From Candidatus Shapirobacteria bacterium CG_4_10_14_0_8_um_filter_39_15 (GTDB lineage Bacteria; Patescibacteriota; Microgenomatia; UM-FILTER-39-15), in assembly GCA_002784465.1 (NCBI GenBank), contig PFLE01000011.1, positions 69,966-125,678 of the forward strand: DNA of 55,713 nt, written 5' to 3'. The notes beneath the pieces are model-generated. The model searched no databases. It was not told the origin of the DNA and saw only the letters and a list, made by a program, of their open reading frames with translations. The number at the start of each line of letters is the position of its first letter. Within the stretch, counting starts at the first letter, position 1. Made by a program: the position numbers and the translations under genes. This document shows, in pieces, positions 8,939 through 17,825 of this stretch.

Positions 8939-10249
8939 TTAATATTGTAACTTACCGGAAAACCATTTTGCAAGTTCGTCAACTTTAACCCTTATCTGCT
9001 TAGTCGTATCCCTGTCTCTAATTGTTACGGTTTCGTCATTCAAGGTTTGAAAATCAACGGTAACGCACCAAGGTGTCCCTATTTCGTCTTGCGCTAGATA
9101 ACGCTTGCCAATATTCCCCCGATCATCCCAAGCAACCATGAAATCATTTCTCAATGATTCGTAAATCTTTTTTGCTTGAAGGACTAAATCAGATTTATTC
9201 GCCAGCAAAGGAAAAATTGCCACTTTATATGGAGCCAACAATGGATGCAGTTTTAAAACAATTCTTTTTTCTTCCTCGTTATAAGCATCAATTAAGAAAA
9301 ACAGTAAAGATCGATCTACTCCGGCCGATGTTTCGATATCCCAAGGAGAATATTCTTCGCTCGTTTCCGGATCATGATATTTCAAATTTTTACCAGAGAA
9401 CTCTTCGTGCCGCCTCTGATCCCAATCGCCGCGGTGATGAATTCCCATCAGTTCATCCCAACCCCAAGGAGTTTCGTATTCAATATCGGTTGCCATTTTT
9501 GCGTAGTGGGCTCTTTTTTCCGGTTCATGATCGCGGAATCGCAGTTTTTCTTTTTTAATTCCTAATTTCAAATACCAATCCATTCGGTTCTGTTTCCAAT
9601 ATTCAAACCATTTTTTTCCTTCTTCTTCATCGGGTTTAATAAAATACTGCACTTCCATCTGCTCAAATTCCCGAGATCTGAAGATAAAATTACCAGGGGT
9701 GATTTCATTCCGAAAAGCTTTTCCCATCTGGGCAATGCCAAAAGGAATTTTTACTCGGGTTGAGTCAACCACATTTTTAAAATTGACCTGAACGCCATTG
9801 GTAATTTCCCCGCGCAGAAATATTTCCAGTTGTTTTCCTTCAACTACCCCAAGATACGCTTTAACCAGAAGGTTAAATTGTTGAGGTTCAGTCCATTCGA
9901 CCTTTTGATCCTTGTGAATTTTCTCATGTTCTGCCATTTCATCAGATTTATCAGCTCTCACCCGTTGATGACAAAGTTTACATTCAACCAAGGGATCGGT
10001 AAAAGCTTGGGTATGGCCAGAGGCTTCCCAGGCTTTGGGATTCATCATAATGGCGGCATCCAGACCGACTACATCGTCTCTCAATTGCACTGTTTCTTTC
10101 CACCACAAATCTTTAAGATTCTTCTTGAGCAAGGACCCAGAAGGTCCATAATCCCAGGTCCCAGCCAATCCCCCATAAATTTCCGATCCGGGGAAAATAA
10201 ATCCCCGCCTTTTACACAAACTAGTAACTTTTTCCAATAAATCAGACAT
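8939..10249 (-). CDS. glyQS: Glycine--tRNA ligase, alpha2 type
   Basis: CKRRGFIFPGSEIYGG, GKAFRNEITPGNFIFRSREFEQME, and anticodon domain NIGKRY..QDEIGTPWC. Confidence 0.97.
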   Translation of the reverse strand: MSDLLEKVTSLCKRRGFIFPGSEIYGGLAGTWDYGPSGSLLKKNLKDLWWKETVQLRDDVVGLDAAIMMNPKAWEASGHTQAFTDPLVECKLCHQRVRADKSDEMAEHEKIHKDQKVEWTEPQQFNLLVKAYLGVVEGKQLEIFLRGEITNGVQVNFKNVVDSTRVKIPFGIAQMGKAFRNEITPGNFIFRSREFEQMEVQYFIKPDEEEGKKWFEYWKQNRMDWYLKLGIKKEKLRFRDHEPEKRAHYAKMATDIEYETPWGWDELMGIHHRGDWDQRRHEEFSGKNLKYHDPETSEEYSPWDIETSAGVDRSLLFFLIDAYNEEEKRIVLKLHPLLAPYKVAIFPLLANKSDLVLQAKKIYESLRNDFMVAWDDRGNIGKRYLAQDEIGTPWCVTVDFQTLNDETVTIRDRDTTKQIRVKVDELAKWFSGKLQY

Positions 10250-10255
10250 AATCTA

Positions 10256-10284
10256 ACTATACCTGAAAGCTTATTCCCCGTCAA
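10256..10284 (-). promoter_or_regulatory. Sigma70-type promoter for glyQS (TTGACG-N17-TATAGT), leaderless spacing
   Basis: -35 at 10284-10279, -10 at 10261-10256, then 6 nt to the ATG at 10249. Confidence 0.7.
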
Positions 10285-10299
10285 CAAACCTTTTGGTAA

Positions 10300-10333
10300 A
10301 TCCCACCCTCCAGGTGGTCTAGCTTGGCACCTG
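10300..10333 (+). repeat. REP-like family B unit (hairpin + TAGCTTGG + repeated arm)
   Basis: ATCCCACC-CTCCA-GGTGGTCTAGCTTGGCACCTG. Identical to 16958-16991 except for the 5-nt loop. Confidence 0.85.
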
Positions 10334-10352
10334 GCAAATTTCGTACACATTA

Positions 10353-10395
10353 GTATTTTCGGACATTCCGGGAATGGATTAGCTTGGCATTCCGG
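10353..10395 (+). repeat. 43-bp direct repeat, left copy (family B unit)
   Basis: GTATTTTCGGACATTCCGGGAATGGATTAGCTTGGCATTCCGG, identical at 11510-11552. Confidence 0.92.
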
Positions 10396-10430
10396 GAAAT
10401 ATAAAGTTTCTCTAATCAAGTTTTAATTTC

Positions 10431-10439
10431 TGATATAAT
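10431..10439 (+). promoter_or_regulatory. Extended -10 promoter (TGATATAAT) for the DHH gene, leaderless spacing
   Basis: Perfect TGnTATAAT ending 6 nt before the GTG at 10446. Confidence 0.65.
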
Positions 10440-10445
10440 ATATTT

Positions 10446-11471
10446 GTGCTCAAAAAATACCAACATTTATTTAGTAAAGATCAATCTTTTTTGATTCTCT
10501 GCTCAAAACCGCTTGATTCTGATTCTCTCGGAAGCGGACTAATTTTGAAAAAATATCTAGAGTCCCTTGGCAAAAAATGTAAATTGGTATTTCCACGAGA
10601 AATTACCGAAGAAGAAAAAGCAATGAATTCCTACTTACCCTATTTTGATGAAATTGAAACAAAAGATACCAGAGAATTATTTACTAAAAAGGCTTTTGAT
10701 GTTTTGATATTCCTTGACGGAACCAATTCGGTACAATACTACGATACTGATAAAACCCCAGATAATTCCCCCAACTTTCAATTGTATACGGATCGTATCC
10801 GAATTGATCACCATCACGGCAATCCAGAAAAAATCGGCACTATCAATATTCATTTTCCAAAATTATCTTCAACAGCAGAGGTATTACTGACTAAAATTAT
10901 TCCCGATTCCTTTATTGATCAAGAAATTGCTACTTTGGGATATGCAGCATTGGTTGGAGATACTGGTAACTTTCAATGGAATTTTTCTGCCTCAACGTTA
11001 AGAATCGCTGGCAAATTAATTTCTAAAAGAGCTGACTGGGAATTGGTTCTTGATAAAATTTTCTTCTCAAAATCAAAAAGTTATTTCGATATGCTTGCGT
11101 ATGTTATTCAAAATTCAGAATATTATGATGATCTCGGAACCTGTTTTGTTTTCCTACCTTATAAAAAACTTCAAAAAGACCAACTCGATGAAGATAAATT
11201 AAAAGATTTAAAACAATCGTTTCAAGATGCTTTCGCCAGAAGAGTAATCGGCTATCCAAGAGGAATTATTGTTTATGAAAAAGAGCCTGGGAGAGTTTAT
11301 GTTTCAGTCAGAGGAAATAACCTTACAAATAATATTAATTTCCCAAAAATTTTAATGGAAATTGGAGGCAACGGCGGAGGTCATTTTAATGCTACCGGTT
11401 TTGATGTCAAGCAGGACTTCAAAACAGTCAAGAATTCTTTAATCCAATTAATCACAAAATACACTCGATAA
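10446..11471 (+). CDS. DHH/DHHA1 phosphoesterase (NrnA-like)
   Basis: DSDSLGS, FLDG, IDHH, GDTGNF and GGGH motifs. Only convincing plus-strand gene in the window. Confidence 0.88.
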   Translation: MLKKYQHLFSKDQSFLILCSKPLDSDSLGSGLILKKYLESLGKKCKLVFPREITEEEKAMNSYLPYFDEIETKDTRELFTKKAFDVLIFLDGTNSVQYYDTDKTPDNSPNFQLYTDRIRIDHHHGNPEKIGTINIHFPKLSSTAEVLLTKIIPDSFIDQEIATLGYAALVGDTGNFQWNFSASTLRIAGKLISKRADWELVLDKIFFSKSKSYFDMLAYVIQNSEYYDDLGTCFVFLPYKKLQKDQLDEDKLKDLKQSFQDAFARRVIGYPRGIIVYEKEPGRVYVSVRGNNLTNNINFPKILMEIGGNGGGHFNATGFDVKQDFKTVKNSLIQLITKYTR

Positions 11472-11552
11472 TTTCGTACACACCGGGTGTGTCTTAGCTT
11501 TCCACACTGGTATTTTCGGACATTCCGGGAATGGATTAGCTTGGCATTCCGG
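11470..11552 (+). repeat. Two tandem family B units, including the right copy of the 43-bp direct repeat (11510-11552)
   Basis: CACACCGGGTGTG-TCTTAGCTTTC-CACACTGG followed by the 43-bp repeat. AATTTCGTACACA (11470-11482) also matches 10337-10349. Confidence 0.88.
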
Positions 11553-11557
11553 TAAAA

Positions 11558-12100
11558 TTACCATATTTCTCTAATAATTTTTGGGCTGGTGATTTTTTTC
11601 TCGGTAATTTGCTCAATGTAATCTTTTAGACTTTTTTGACTGTCTTTCAAATTTTCCGGTACGCCAAACCCTAATTCAGTGATCAATTCCTTTTCAAAAT
11701 TAACCACCAATTCGGTATAATTTCTTTCACTCAATCTCGACAATGAATTTACTAAAAGTTTAAACACTTGATAATGTTCTTGGCCTTCGGCCGTAAGTTT
11801 GTCAACCAGTTCGCAAAGATAATAGGCTACCCCAACCGATTTTATGTCTTTTCTCCAATTTGAAAAAGAATTAATTACTTCGACTTCTGACAAACTATCA
11901 AGATTTTTTCCGCAATTCAAATAAACATTAACATCGTTAAAAAGTTCCAAATTCCCTCCCCGCCGGCTGGTAATTCTTCGAACACCTTTGGCAATCACCC
12001 GTAGTTTCCCGTGGTTTTTGGTAAAAATAGTCAGAAGACGATCGGCTTCACCGTAATTGGAGCGTTTGAGGATAATTCCTTCGGTCTTGTAAGCTCTCAC
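11558..12100 (-). CDS. recO: DNA repair protein RecO (short form, no Zn finger)
   Basis: YKTEGIILKRSNYGEADRLLTIFT..HGKLRVIAKGVR N-terminus. Confidence 0.93.
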   Translation of the reverse strand: MRAYKTEGIILKRSNYGEADRLLTIFTKNHGKLRVIAKGVRRITSRRGGNLELFNDVNVYLNCGKNLDSLSEVEVINSFSNWRKDIKSVGVAYYLCELVDKLTAEGQEHYQVFKLLVNSLSRLSERNYTELVVNFEKELITELGFGVPENLKDSQKSLKDYIEQITEKKITSPKIIREIW

Positions 12101-12101
12101 C

Positions 12102-14042
12102 TTAAATTTTTATATTCAGTTCTTTGTCGGTTACCAGTTCAAAAGTTTCATTATGTTTATTCAAAGAAATCGTGTATTGATTGCCCTCGGTCCCGGGCTG
12201 CTTTTGTATCAGTATTTGATAATTATTCTTACCCGCCTTAAAAGGCAATTTATACTTAAAAGAAGTTTTTGTAATTCCTTCCGGCCTCAACGCTGTGGTG
12301 TATCCATCAAAAACGGTTTTTCCCAACTCGTCATAAGTCTTAATATCGACTTCGGATCCGGAAGAACTGATTAACGTTGATCCTTGGGGAACATATAATC
12401 TAAACCAATCTTTATATTGGGAGTTCAAACACAGGCCGCCGGTTTCTAAATTACAATTTGATTGGGGGGCTGGGTCTTTATAAGTAACAGTAACTGTTTT
12501 GGTAATTGTGCCGTCGCTGCCGATTTCAATCTTTTGTTCGACTTCGTTTTTAATAAAAATATTGGACTTGGCTCCGGAAAAACTGGTATCCACCAGTAAA
12601 AAATAATCATGACTGTAATCTTTCACTCTGCCGGCGAGATTAAAAGCTTCCATTGCCGACTGAATCTTCTGATCAGGAAAATAAAAAAGAACATGCTTTT
12701 CGATTATTGAAGAAAAACCGGCTTCAAACAAATTCGGAATTTTTTCTTTTGGCGAACCTAAAGCATTGGCTAAAACCGAATGCATTAACGGTCCAATAAC
12801 CGCCTTTCTTTGGGTTTTAAGAGTATTAACCGGTTTGTCGGCTGATAATTCTAACTGGTAAACAACATTAGGACAATCAAAACATTTTGGTTCGGGATCG
12901 GCGGAAAAATTTCCCCAGCCAGGTACACCGATCCTGCCAATAACGCTTAGCAACCGCACCAATAATTGGGTATCAACCGCCACCACCCCGTCGAATTTCT
13001 GACTTGAAGCCCTTTTGAAATTTTCCACAAATTTTTCCATGGAAACCTTAAAATCAGGGGAAGAATTCATATCTCTTAAACGCCAGTGGGAATCTTTTGC
13101 GTATGGCAAGGATAAATAATCAATAAAGGCTTGGGGCGCTTTTTCTTTTGAAGGAAAACGGGCATCCAGATCATAGATGTCTTCTGATAAAACCGGCGTA
13201 ATTTTTCCCTTGTCAACCGAAAGTAATGCATAAGCCGTTATAAATCCTCCGGTCGGCCGCAATTCTGCATCGTTTTGGAAAAGAATCAAATATTGGCGCG
13301 GGGAATCAATTCCCAACAACCAAGGAGCGACTTTAATCACTGGCTTGGCGTCATTCGTCAAAGTTGCCCCTTGATCAACTAAAGATATTGCCTGGGTCAG
13401 CATTTCCCGAACTTTATAGTTTTTGAATTGAACCGGATAGCGGTTCGGATCAACATCGTCCAATTCTTTTTTGACAATTTCCAACTTGGCCCCGATGTTA
13501 TCAATATCCGGACCAATTTTGTCTAAAGTTGTCACAATAAAATTAATTCTGTCTTTGGCAGTTTTTTCACCCCCGCCAACTTGGCCGCCGAATAATCCTA
13601 ATAAATCCGAGTATGGTTCAACCGCCTTCACCACTAATTCGGCGGCGTCAAATCCGGCTTCACCGGCATTGACCATATGGGTGGCGTCCGATTGGTAAAC
13701 ACCGACAAACGGAATAATTCTCAAGGGAGTCAGAAGATTAAGCGCTTGTTTTAGAGAATCCAAATCCGCCCTGGTGGTTTTAATTTCTTGAGAGATCTTT
13801 TGCAGGTCTTTGGTTTTTACGGAATCTTTCAAAACCATTCCTTGCGCATAAACAACTTTGGCCTTATTGACAACGTTTAGCAAAGGCAAACCAACCAAAA
13901 CCCCAATACCAATCACAACAACTAAAATAATCGGAAGAATTCTAAAAAGAATTTTCTTTTTACCCGCTTCTTTTGACACCAACCCTACGGGTTGTTCCTG
14001 TGTATCGGTATCTTGAATTTCAATTTTTGGTATTTCTTCCAT
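12102..14042 (-). CDS. DUF4012 domain membrane-anchored protein
   Basis: LFQNDAELRPTGGFI, LRDMNSSPDF, FDGVVAVD and QKQPG motifs. Head of a glycan locus. Confidence 0.85.
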   Translation of the reverse strand: MEEIPKIEIQDTDTQEQPVGLVSKEAGKKKILFRILPIILVVVIGIGVLVGLPLLNVVNKAKVVYAQGMVLKDSVKTKDLQKISQEIKTTRADLDSLKQALNLLTPLRIIPFVGVYQSDATHMVNAGEAGFDAAELVVKAVEPYSDLLGLFGGQVGGGEKTAKDRINFIVTTLDKIGPDIDNIGAKLEIVKKELDDVDPNRYPVQFKNYKVREMLTQAISLVDQGATLTNDAKPVIKVAPWLLGIDSPRQYLILFQNDAELRPTGGFITAYALLSVDKGKITPVLSEDIYDLDARFPSKEKAPQAFIDYLSLPYAKDSHWRLRDMNSSPDFKVSMEKFVENFKRASSQKFDGVVAVDTQLLVRLLSVIGRIGVPGWGNFSADPEPKCFDCPNVVYQLELSADKPVNTLKTQRKAVIGPLMHSVLANALGSPKEKIPNLFEAGFSSIIEKHVLFYFPDQKIQSAMEAFNLAGRVKDYSHDYFLLVDTSFSGAKSNIFIKNEVEQKIEIGSDGTITKTVTVTYKDPAPQSNCNLETGGLCLNSQYKDWFRLYVPQGSTLISSSGSEVDIKTYDELGKTVFDGYTTALRPEGITKTSFKYKLPFKAGKNNYQILIQKQPGTEGNQYTISLNKHNETFELVTDKELNIKI

Positions 14043-14045
14043 ATA

Positions 14046-14684
14046 TTATACCGCCCCTTTACCGGAAATCATTGCCCAGGGAGATTTTAATATAATAATC
14101 ATATCATAGATAATTGATTTTCGTCTGGCATAGCTGGCATCCATAGAAATTCTTTTATCAAAGTTAATTTCCGACCGACCGGAAACTTGCCACTCGCCGG
14201 TAATCCCTGGATTTACCGATAAAACTTCATCCACTAATTTTTTTGTTTCCGGATATTTTTTTTGCTGTTCTTCTAATTCATCTGGATAATAAGGCCGCGG
14301 ACCAACCAAACTCATTTCGCCCCTTAATACATTAATCAGTTGCGGAATTTCATCAATTGAATATTTTCTAATAAATTTCCCAACCTTTGTCCACCGCGGA
14401 TCATTATGAATTTTATAACTGGATTTTTTGTATTCTTCATATAATTTTTTGTATTTAGGATCGGTTTGCATCAAATAATGGGCATTCGTAATCATTGACC
14501 TAAATTTATAAAGACGAAATTTTTTTCCGTTTCTTCCTACCCTAAGCGGGATATCGGCAAAAACAGGCCCAGAAGATTCCCATTGAATCGCCAGGGCGGT
14601 GATTAAACTTATTGGTAAAAAGATAATCCCGAGGACAATAGCCGAACTGATATCTATTAATCTTTTTAGCTCTTCATAATCCAT
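14046..14684 (-). CDS. Priming polyprenyl-phosphate glycosyl-1-phosphate transferase (bacterial sugar transferase)
   Basis: KRLIDI, FRLYKFRSM, DPR.TKVGKFIRKYSIDEIPQ..NVLRGEMSLVGPRP and PGITG.WQVSGR motifs. Confidence 0.95.
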   Translation of the reverse strand: MDYEELKRLIDISSAIVLGIIFLPISLITALAIQWESSGPVFADIPLRVGRNGKKFRLYKFRSMITNAHYLMQTDPKYKKLYEEYKKSSYKIHNDPRWTKVGKFIRKYSIDEIPQLINVLRGEMSLVGPRPYYPDELEEQQKKYPETKKLVDEVLSVNPGITGEWQVSGRSEINFDKRISMDASYARRKSIIYDMIIILKSPWAMISGKGAV

Positions 14685-14738
14685 ATTTTAGGCCAAAAAA
14701 AGGCACCTGCCTACTAGCATAGAATATTAGCAAACTTG

Positions 14739-15848
14739 TTAAAGATACTCAAGTTTACCTTCGTCCTGCAACTTGTTTACTAAAGTTTTAACTTCTTGAG
14801 AACGGTCTTTTTTCATAATCAACAACGCATCTTTCGTATCCACAATCACCAAATTTTCTACCCCAATCGCGGCAATTAACTGATCGGAAAAATGGATTAA
14901 ACAATTTTTGGAATCAATGGAAATAAATTCTCCATCGCCTTTTTCGTGTATCACCACGTTCCCGTCTTTATCTTTCGGCGAAACATCATAAGCGACTTTC
15001 CAATCTCCCACATCGCTCCATTCAAAATCACCCGGAACTAAAATAAGATTGTGAGCTTTTTCGGAAATCGCGTAATCAAACATAATATCTTTTGCCTGTT
15101 CGTAAACTTCCCTCACCACCCCCATCTCCCCCACTTTCCCCAATGATTCCCTTATTTTATCTAGTCCTAAACTTAATTCCGGATCTAATTCTTTAATTGC
15201 CTTTAAAACCGAAGAAACTTTATAAGTATAAAGATTAACATTCCAATAGTATCCACCCTGTTTTAAAAACTTTTCCGCCATCTCTATTTCCGGCTTTTCA
15301 ATATGTTTTTCCACTTTATAAGTGTAAAGATCGTTAATTAATTTAAACCTTTCTCCGGCCTTAATATATCCCAATCCGCCATGTGGAAAAGTCGGTTTTA
15401 AGCCAATCGTTATCAGATAATCTCCCAATTGTGCTGTTTCAACGGCGATTCTAATTGTTTTTTCAAATTTTGAAATATCAGCAATGTGGTGATCGGAAGG
15501 AAAATTTACAATGATTCCTTCTGGATCTTGCTGCTGAACGAATATTGCGCCCATTCCCATCGCCATGGCCGTATTTTTCCCCTCCGGTTCTGGAAAAATA
15601 TTTTTACTAAGAATTTCGGGGGCTTGATCATAAATTTCATCAAGATAGTCTGAATTCGTAATTAAATAAATTCTTTCTAGGGGGACAAAAAGCTTCGCCC
15701 GTTCAATTGTTTGCTGAAAAATAGTTTTATCGCCAAATAATTTGATAAATTGTTTTGGCGCTTTCATCCGAGAGCGTGGCCATAATCTCTTTCCGGACCC
15801 GCCGCATAAAATTACGAGGTAGAGATGTTCGTTTTGTATTTTTTCCAT
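14739..15848 (-). CDS. manC: Mannose-1-phosphate guanylyltransferase
   Basis: ILCGGSGKRLWPRSR..PKQF, EPEGKNTA, PSDH, EKP and WSDVGDW motifs. Confidence 0.92.
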   Translation of the reverse strand: MEKIQNEHLYLVILCGGSGKRLWPRSRMKAPKQFIKLFGDKTIFQQTIERAKLFVPLERIYLITNSDYLDEIYDQAPEILSKNIFPEPEGKNTAMAMGMGAIFVQQQDPEGIIVNFPSDHHIADISKFEKTIRIAVETAQLGDYLITIGLKPTFPHGGLGYIKAGERFKLINDLYTYKVEKHIEKPEIEMAEKFLKQGGYYWNVNLYTYKVSSVLKAIKELDPELSLGLDKIRESLGKVGEMGVVREVYEQAKDIMFDYAISEKAHNLILVPGDFEWSDVGDWKVAYDVSPKDKDGNVVIHEKGDGEFISIDSKNCLIHFSDQLIAAIGVENLVIVDTKDALLIMKKDRSQEVKTLVNKLQDEGKLEYL

Positions 15849-16954
15849 TCTTCTTCGATTTTTTGCTTAAATTTCTTTTTAAATATTTCTTGGCTGAATT
15901 TTTCCGCTTGTTTCCGGCAATCTTCCGGTCTAAACCCCTTCTCCCCTTTATCCTGTAAGGACGTCTTTCCCATCTCCCCCAACGCTTCCAATAAGGACTC
16001 GGCCGTTTGTTCCTTAAAAAATATCCCTGTTTTCCCTTCAATAATCGTTTCTAAAGCGCCACCACCTCGATAAGCAATTACCGGTTTACCGCAAGCTTGC
16101 GCTTCAAGCGGAACCAGACCAAAATCTTCCTCTTGCGGAAAAATAACCGCCTGGCATTTTTTATAGTAACCTAAAAGTTCCTTGTCTGTCAATTGTCCTA
16201 AAAACTCAATATTCGGTTTTGCCATTGCTCTTAATTTATTCATTTCCCTCCCTACTCCCACTATTTTTAAAGGCCAATCCAATTTATTAAACGCTTCAAT
16301 GGCAAGATCTATTTGTTTGTATGAAACAAGTCTGGATACCACCAAATAGAAGTTGGAAGTTGGACGTGAGAAGCTAGAGTATCTTTCGGATTTCGGATTT
16401 CGAATTACGAATTTCGTAGTGTCAACAGGAGGAAATATGACTTCAGACTTCCTTCGATAGTATTTCCATATCCTTTGTTTTACTGTCTCAGAGATAGCAA
16501 AGTAATAATCCGGTCTTTGAGATGCGATCTGGTCCCAAATACGCAATTTGGTCATCATGGATCGGACAATCATTGGCACATGATAATCTTGGTAACCGTT
16601 CCAAAGATATCTTGTTGGCGTCAGGCAATAACAAATATGTAAAGTCCCAGGCTTGGTGATTATTCCTTTTGCTTCGGCGCTGGTAATAGAAATCACGATA
16701 TCAAAGCCTGTGAAATCAAAGGTTTCAAAAGCTAGTGGAGTTAGCCAGGGATATAATTCATGGTGAGTTTTGGCAAAGGGAAATTTCTGCAGAAAGGAAG
16801 GAATGATTTTAAAATCTTTTGCCCAAAGTGCGGTTTCGGGATTGTATACTGCAGTATACAAAGGCGCATCCGGCCAGATTTCGTGAAGAGCCACCAAAAC
16901 TCTCTCCGCCCCGCCAATCTTATTTACGCGATCATATACAAAGGCTATTTTCAT
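15812..16954 (-). CDS. GT4 glycosyltransferase (likely start MKIAFVYD at 16954)
   Basis: GGAERVL and EEDFGLVPLEAQACGKPVI. The upstream extension in the ORF track is a translated REP. Confidence 0.93.
   Translation of the reverse strand: MKIAFVYDRVNKIGGAERVLVALHEIWPDAPLYTAVYNPETALWAKDFKIIPSFLQKFPFAKTHHELYPWLTPLAFETFDFTGFDIVISITSAEAKGIITKPGTLHICYCLTPTRYLWNGYQDYHVPMIVRSMMTKLRIWDQIASQRPDYYFAISETVKQRIWKYYRRKSEVIFPPVDTTKFVIRNPKSERYSSFSRPTSNFYLVVSRLVSYKQIDLAIEAFNKLDWPLKIVGVGREMNKLRAMAKPNIEFLGQLTDKELLGYYKKCQAVIFPQEEDFGLVPLEAQACGKPVIAYRGGGALETIIEGKTGIFFKEQTAESLLEALGEMGKTSLQDKGEKGFRPEDCRKQAEKFSQEIFKKKFKQKIEEEWKKYKTNISTS
16349..16418. repeat. Two adjacent in-frame heptamer arrays in the GT4 linker
   Basis: GAAGTTG GAAGTTG GACGTGA GAAGCTA (16349-16376) and TTTCGGA TTTCGGA TTTCGAA TTACGAA TTTCGTA (16384-16418). 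Confidence 0.75.
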
Positions 16955-16957
16955 AAT

Positions 16958-16991
16958 ATCCCACCTGGAGGGTGGTCTAGCTTGGCACCTG
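16958..16991 (+). repeat. REP-like family B unit
   Basis: ATCCCACC-TGGAG-GGTGGTCTAGCTTGGCACCTG. Fills the gap between the radical SAM and GT4 genes. Confidence 0.85.
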
Positions 16992-16994
16992 CCA

Positions 16995-17825
16995 TTATTT
17001 CCTGTTACTAAACGGAAATTCAAGGCTAAAATCAGGATTAAAACATTTAACCGATTTACCGAATTCCTGCGTCCAGCCGTTTTTAAATTCTAAATCCTTA
17101 ATCAGCTTCCTTACGACTTCGTCTTCTTTTTTATTTAAAGTCCGATTAATTTCGGGATAATCCTTGGCTTTATATAGCGGACCGTATTGGGTCATCAAAC
17201 TTAAGTGAATATTATCAGAAATTAAACGGATAAACTCTAAACATTTTTTTGTGTTTTCTAAATGACTCGGTAAAACTAAATGTCTAACAATCATCCCCCG
17301 ATTTCCCCTATTTCCCTTATCAACCCTTAAGTCTCCTACCTGTCTATACATTTCCTTAATTGCTAGTTGGGCAACTTCTGAATAATTTGAAATTCCAGAG
17401 TATTTTTTCGCCAAATAATCATCCGTATATTTATAATCAGGAAGATAAACATCTACCAAACCCTCTAGTCTTTTTAATATTTCTACTTTCTCATAAGCAT
17501 TGCTATTCCAAACAACTGGTATTTTTAAACCTTTCTGTTTTGCTTTTTTTAATACTTCAATCAATTGAACTGACCAAATTGTCGGCGTTACCAGATTAAT
17601 GTTATTTAATCCTTGTTCTTGTAATTCAAGAATGATTTTAATTAGTTCTTCGTCGTTAACTTTTTTACATCTGATATGTTGCTGGGATATTTGCCAATTC
17701 TGGCAATAGACGCAATGAAGATTACAACCGCAGAAAAAGATTGTTCCGGATCCTTTAGTTCCCGAAATCGGCGGTTCTTCGCCAGAGTGAGAACCATACC
17801 AGGATATTTCAAATGAAGTATTCAT
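16995..17825 (-). CDS. Radical SAM protein, PflX-like
   Basis: GEEPPISGTKGSGTIFF, CNLHCVYCQN, NINLVTPT, DVYLPDYKY and VRHLVLP motifs. Confidence 0.88.
   Translation of the reverse strand: MNTSFEISWYGSHSGEEPPISGTKGSGTIFFCGCNLHCVYCQNWQISQQHIRCKKVNDEELIKIILELQEQGLNNINLVTPTIWSVQLIEVLKKAKQKGLKIPVVWNSNAYEKVEILKRLEGLVDVYLPDYKYTDDYLAKKYSGISNYSEVAQLAIKEMYRQVGDLRVDKGNRGNRGMIVRHLVLPSHLENTKKCLEFIRLISDNIHLSLMTQYGPLYKAKDYPEINRTLNKKEDEVVRKLIKDLEFKNGWTQEFGKSVKCFNPDFSLEFPFSNRK

Noticed and set aside
10081-10419. 112-aa ORF with a CQA repeat
   Set aside because: Translation of family B repeats overlapping glyQS out of frame.
10300-11552. CRISPR array
   Set aside because: Few units, variable sequence, no unique regularly sized spacers and no cas genes. 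They fit REP-like repeats better.
16955-17023. N-terminal extensions given by the ORF track (also ftsW, 19904, 25489, 37327, 39217, 55595)
   Set aside because: They overlap upstream genes or repeats. Downstream ATGs fit family N-termini and operon coupling better.
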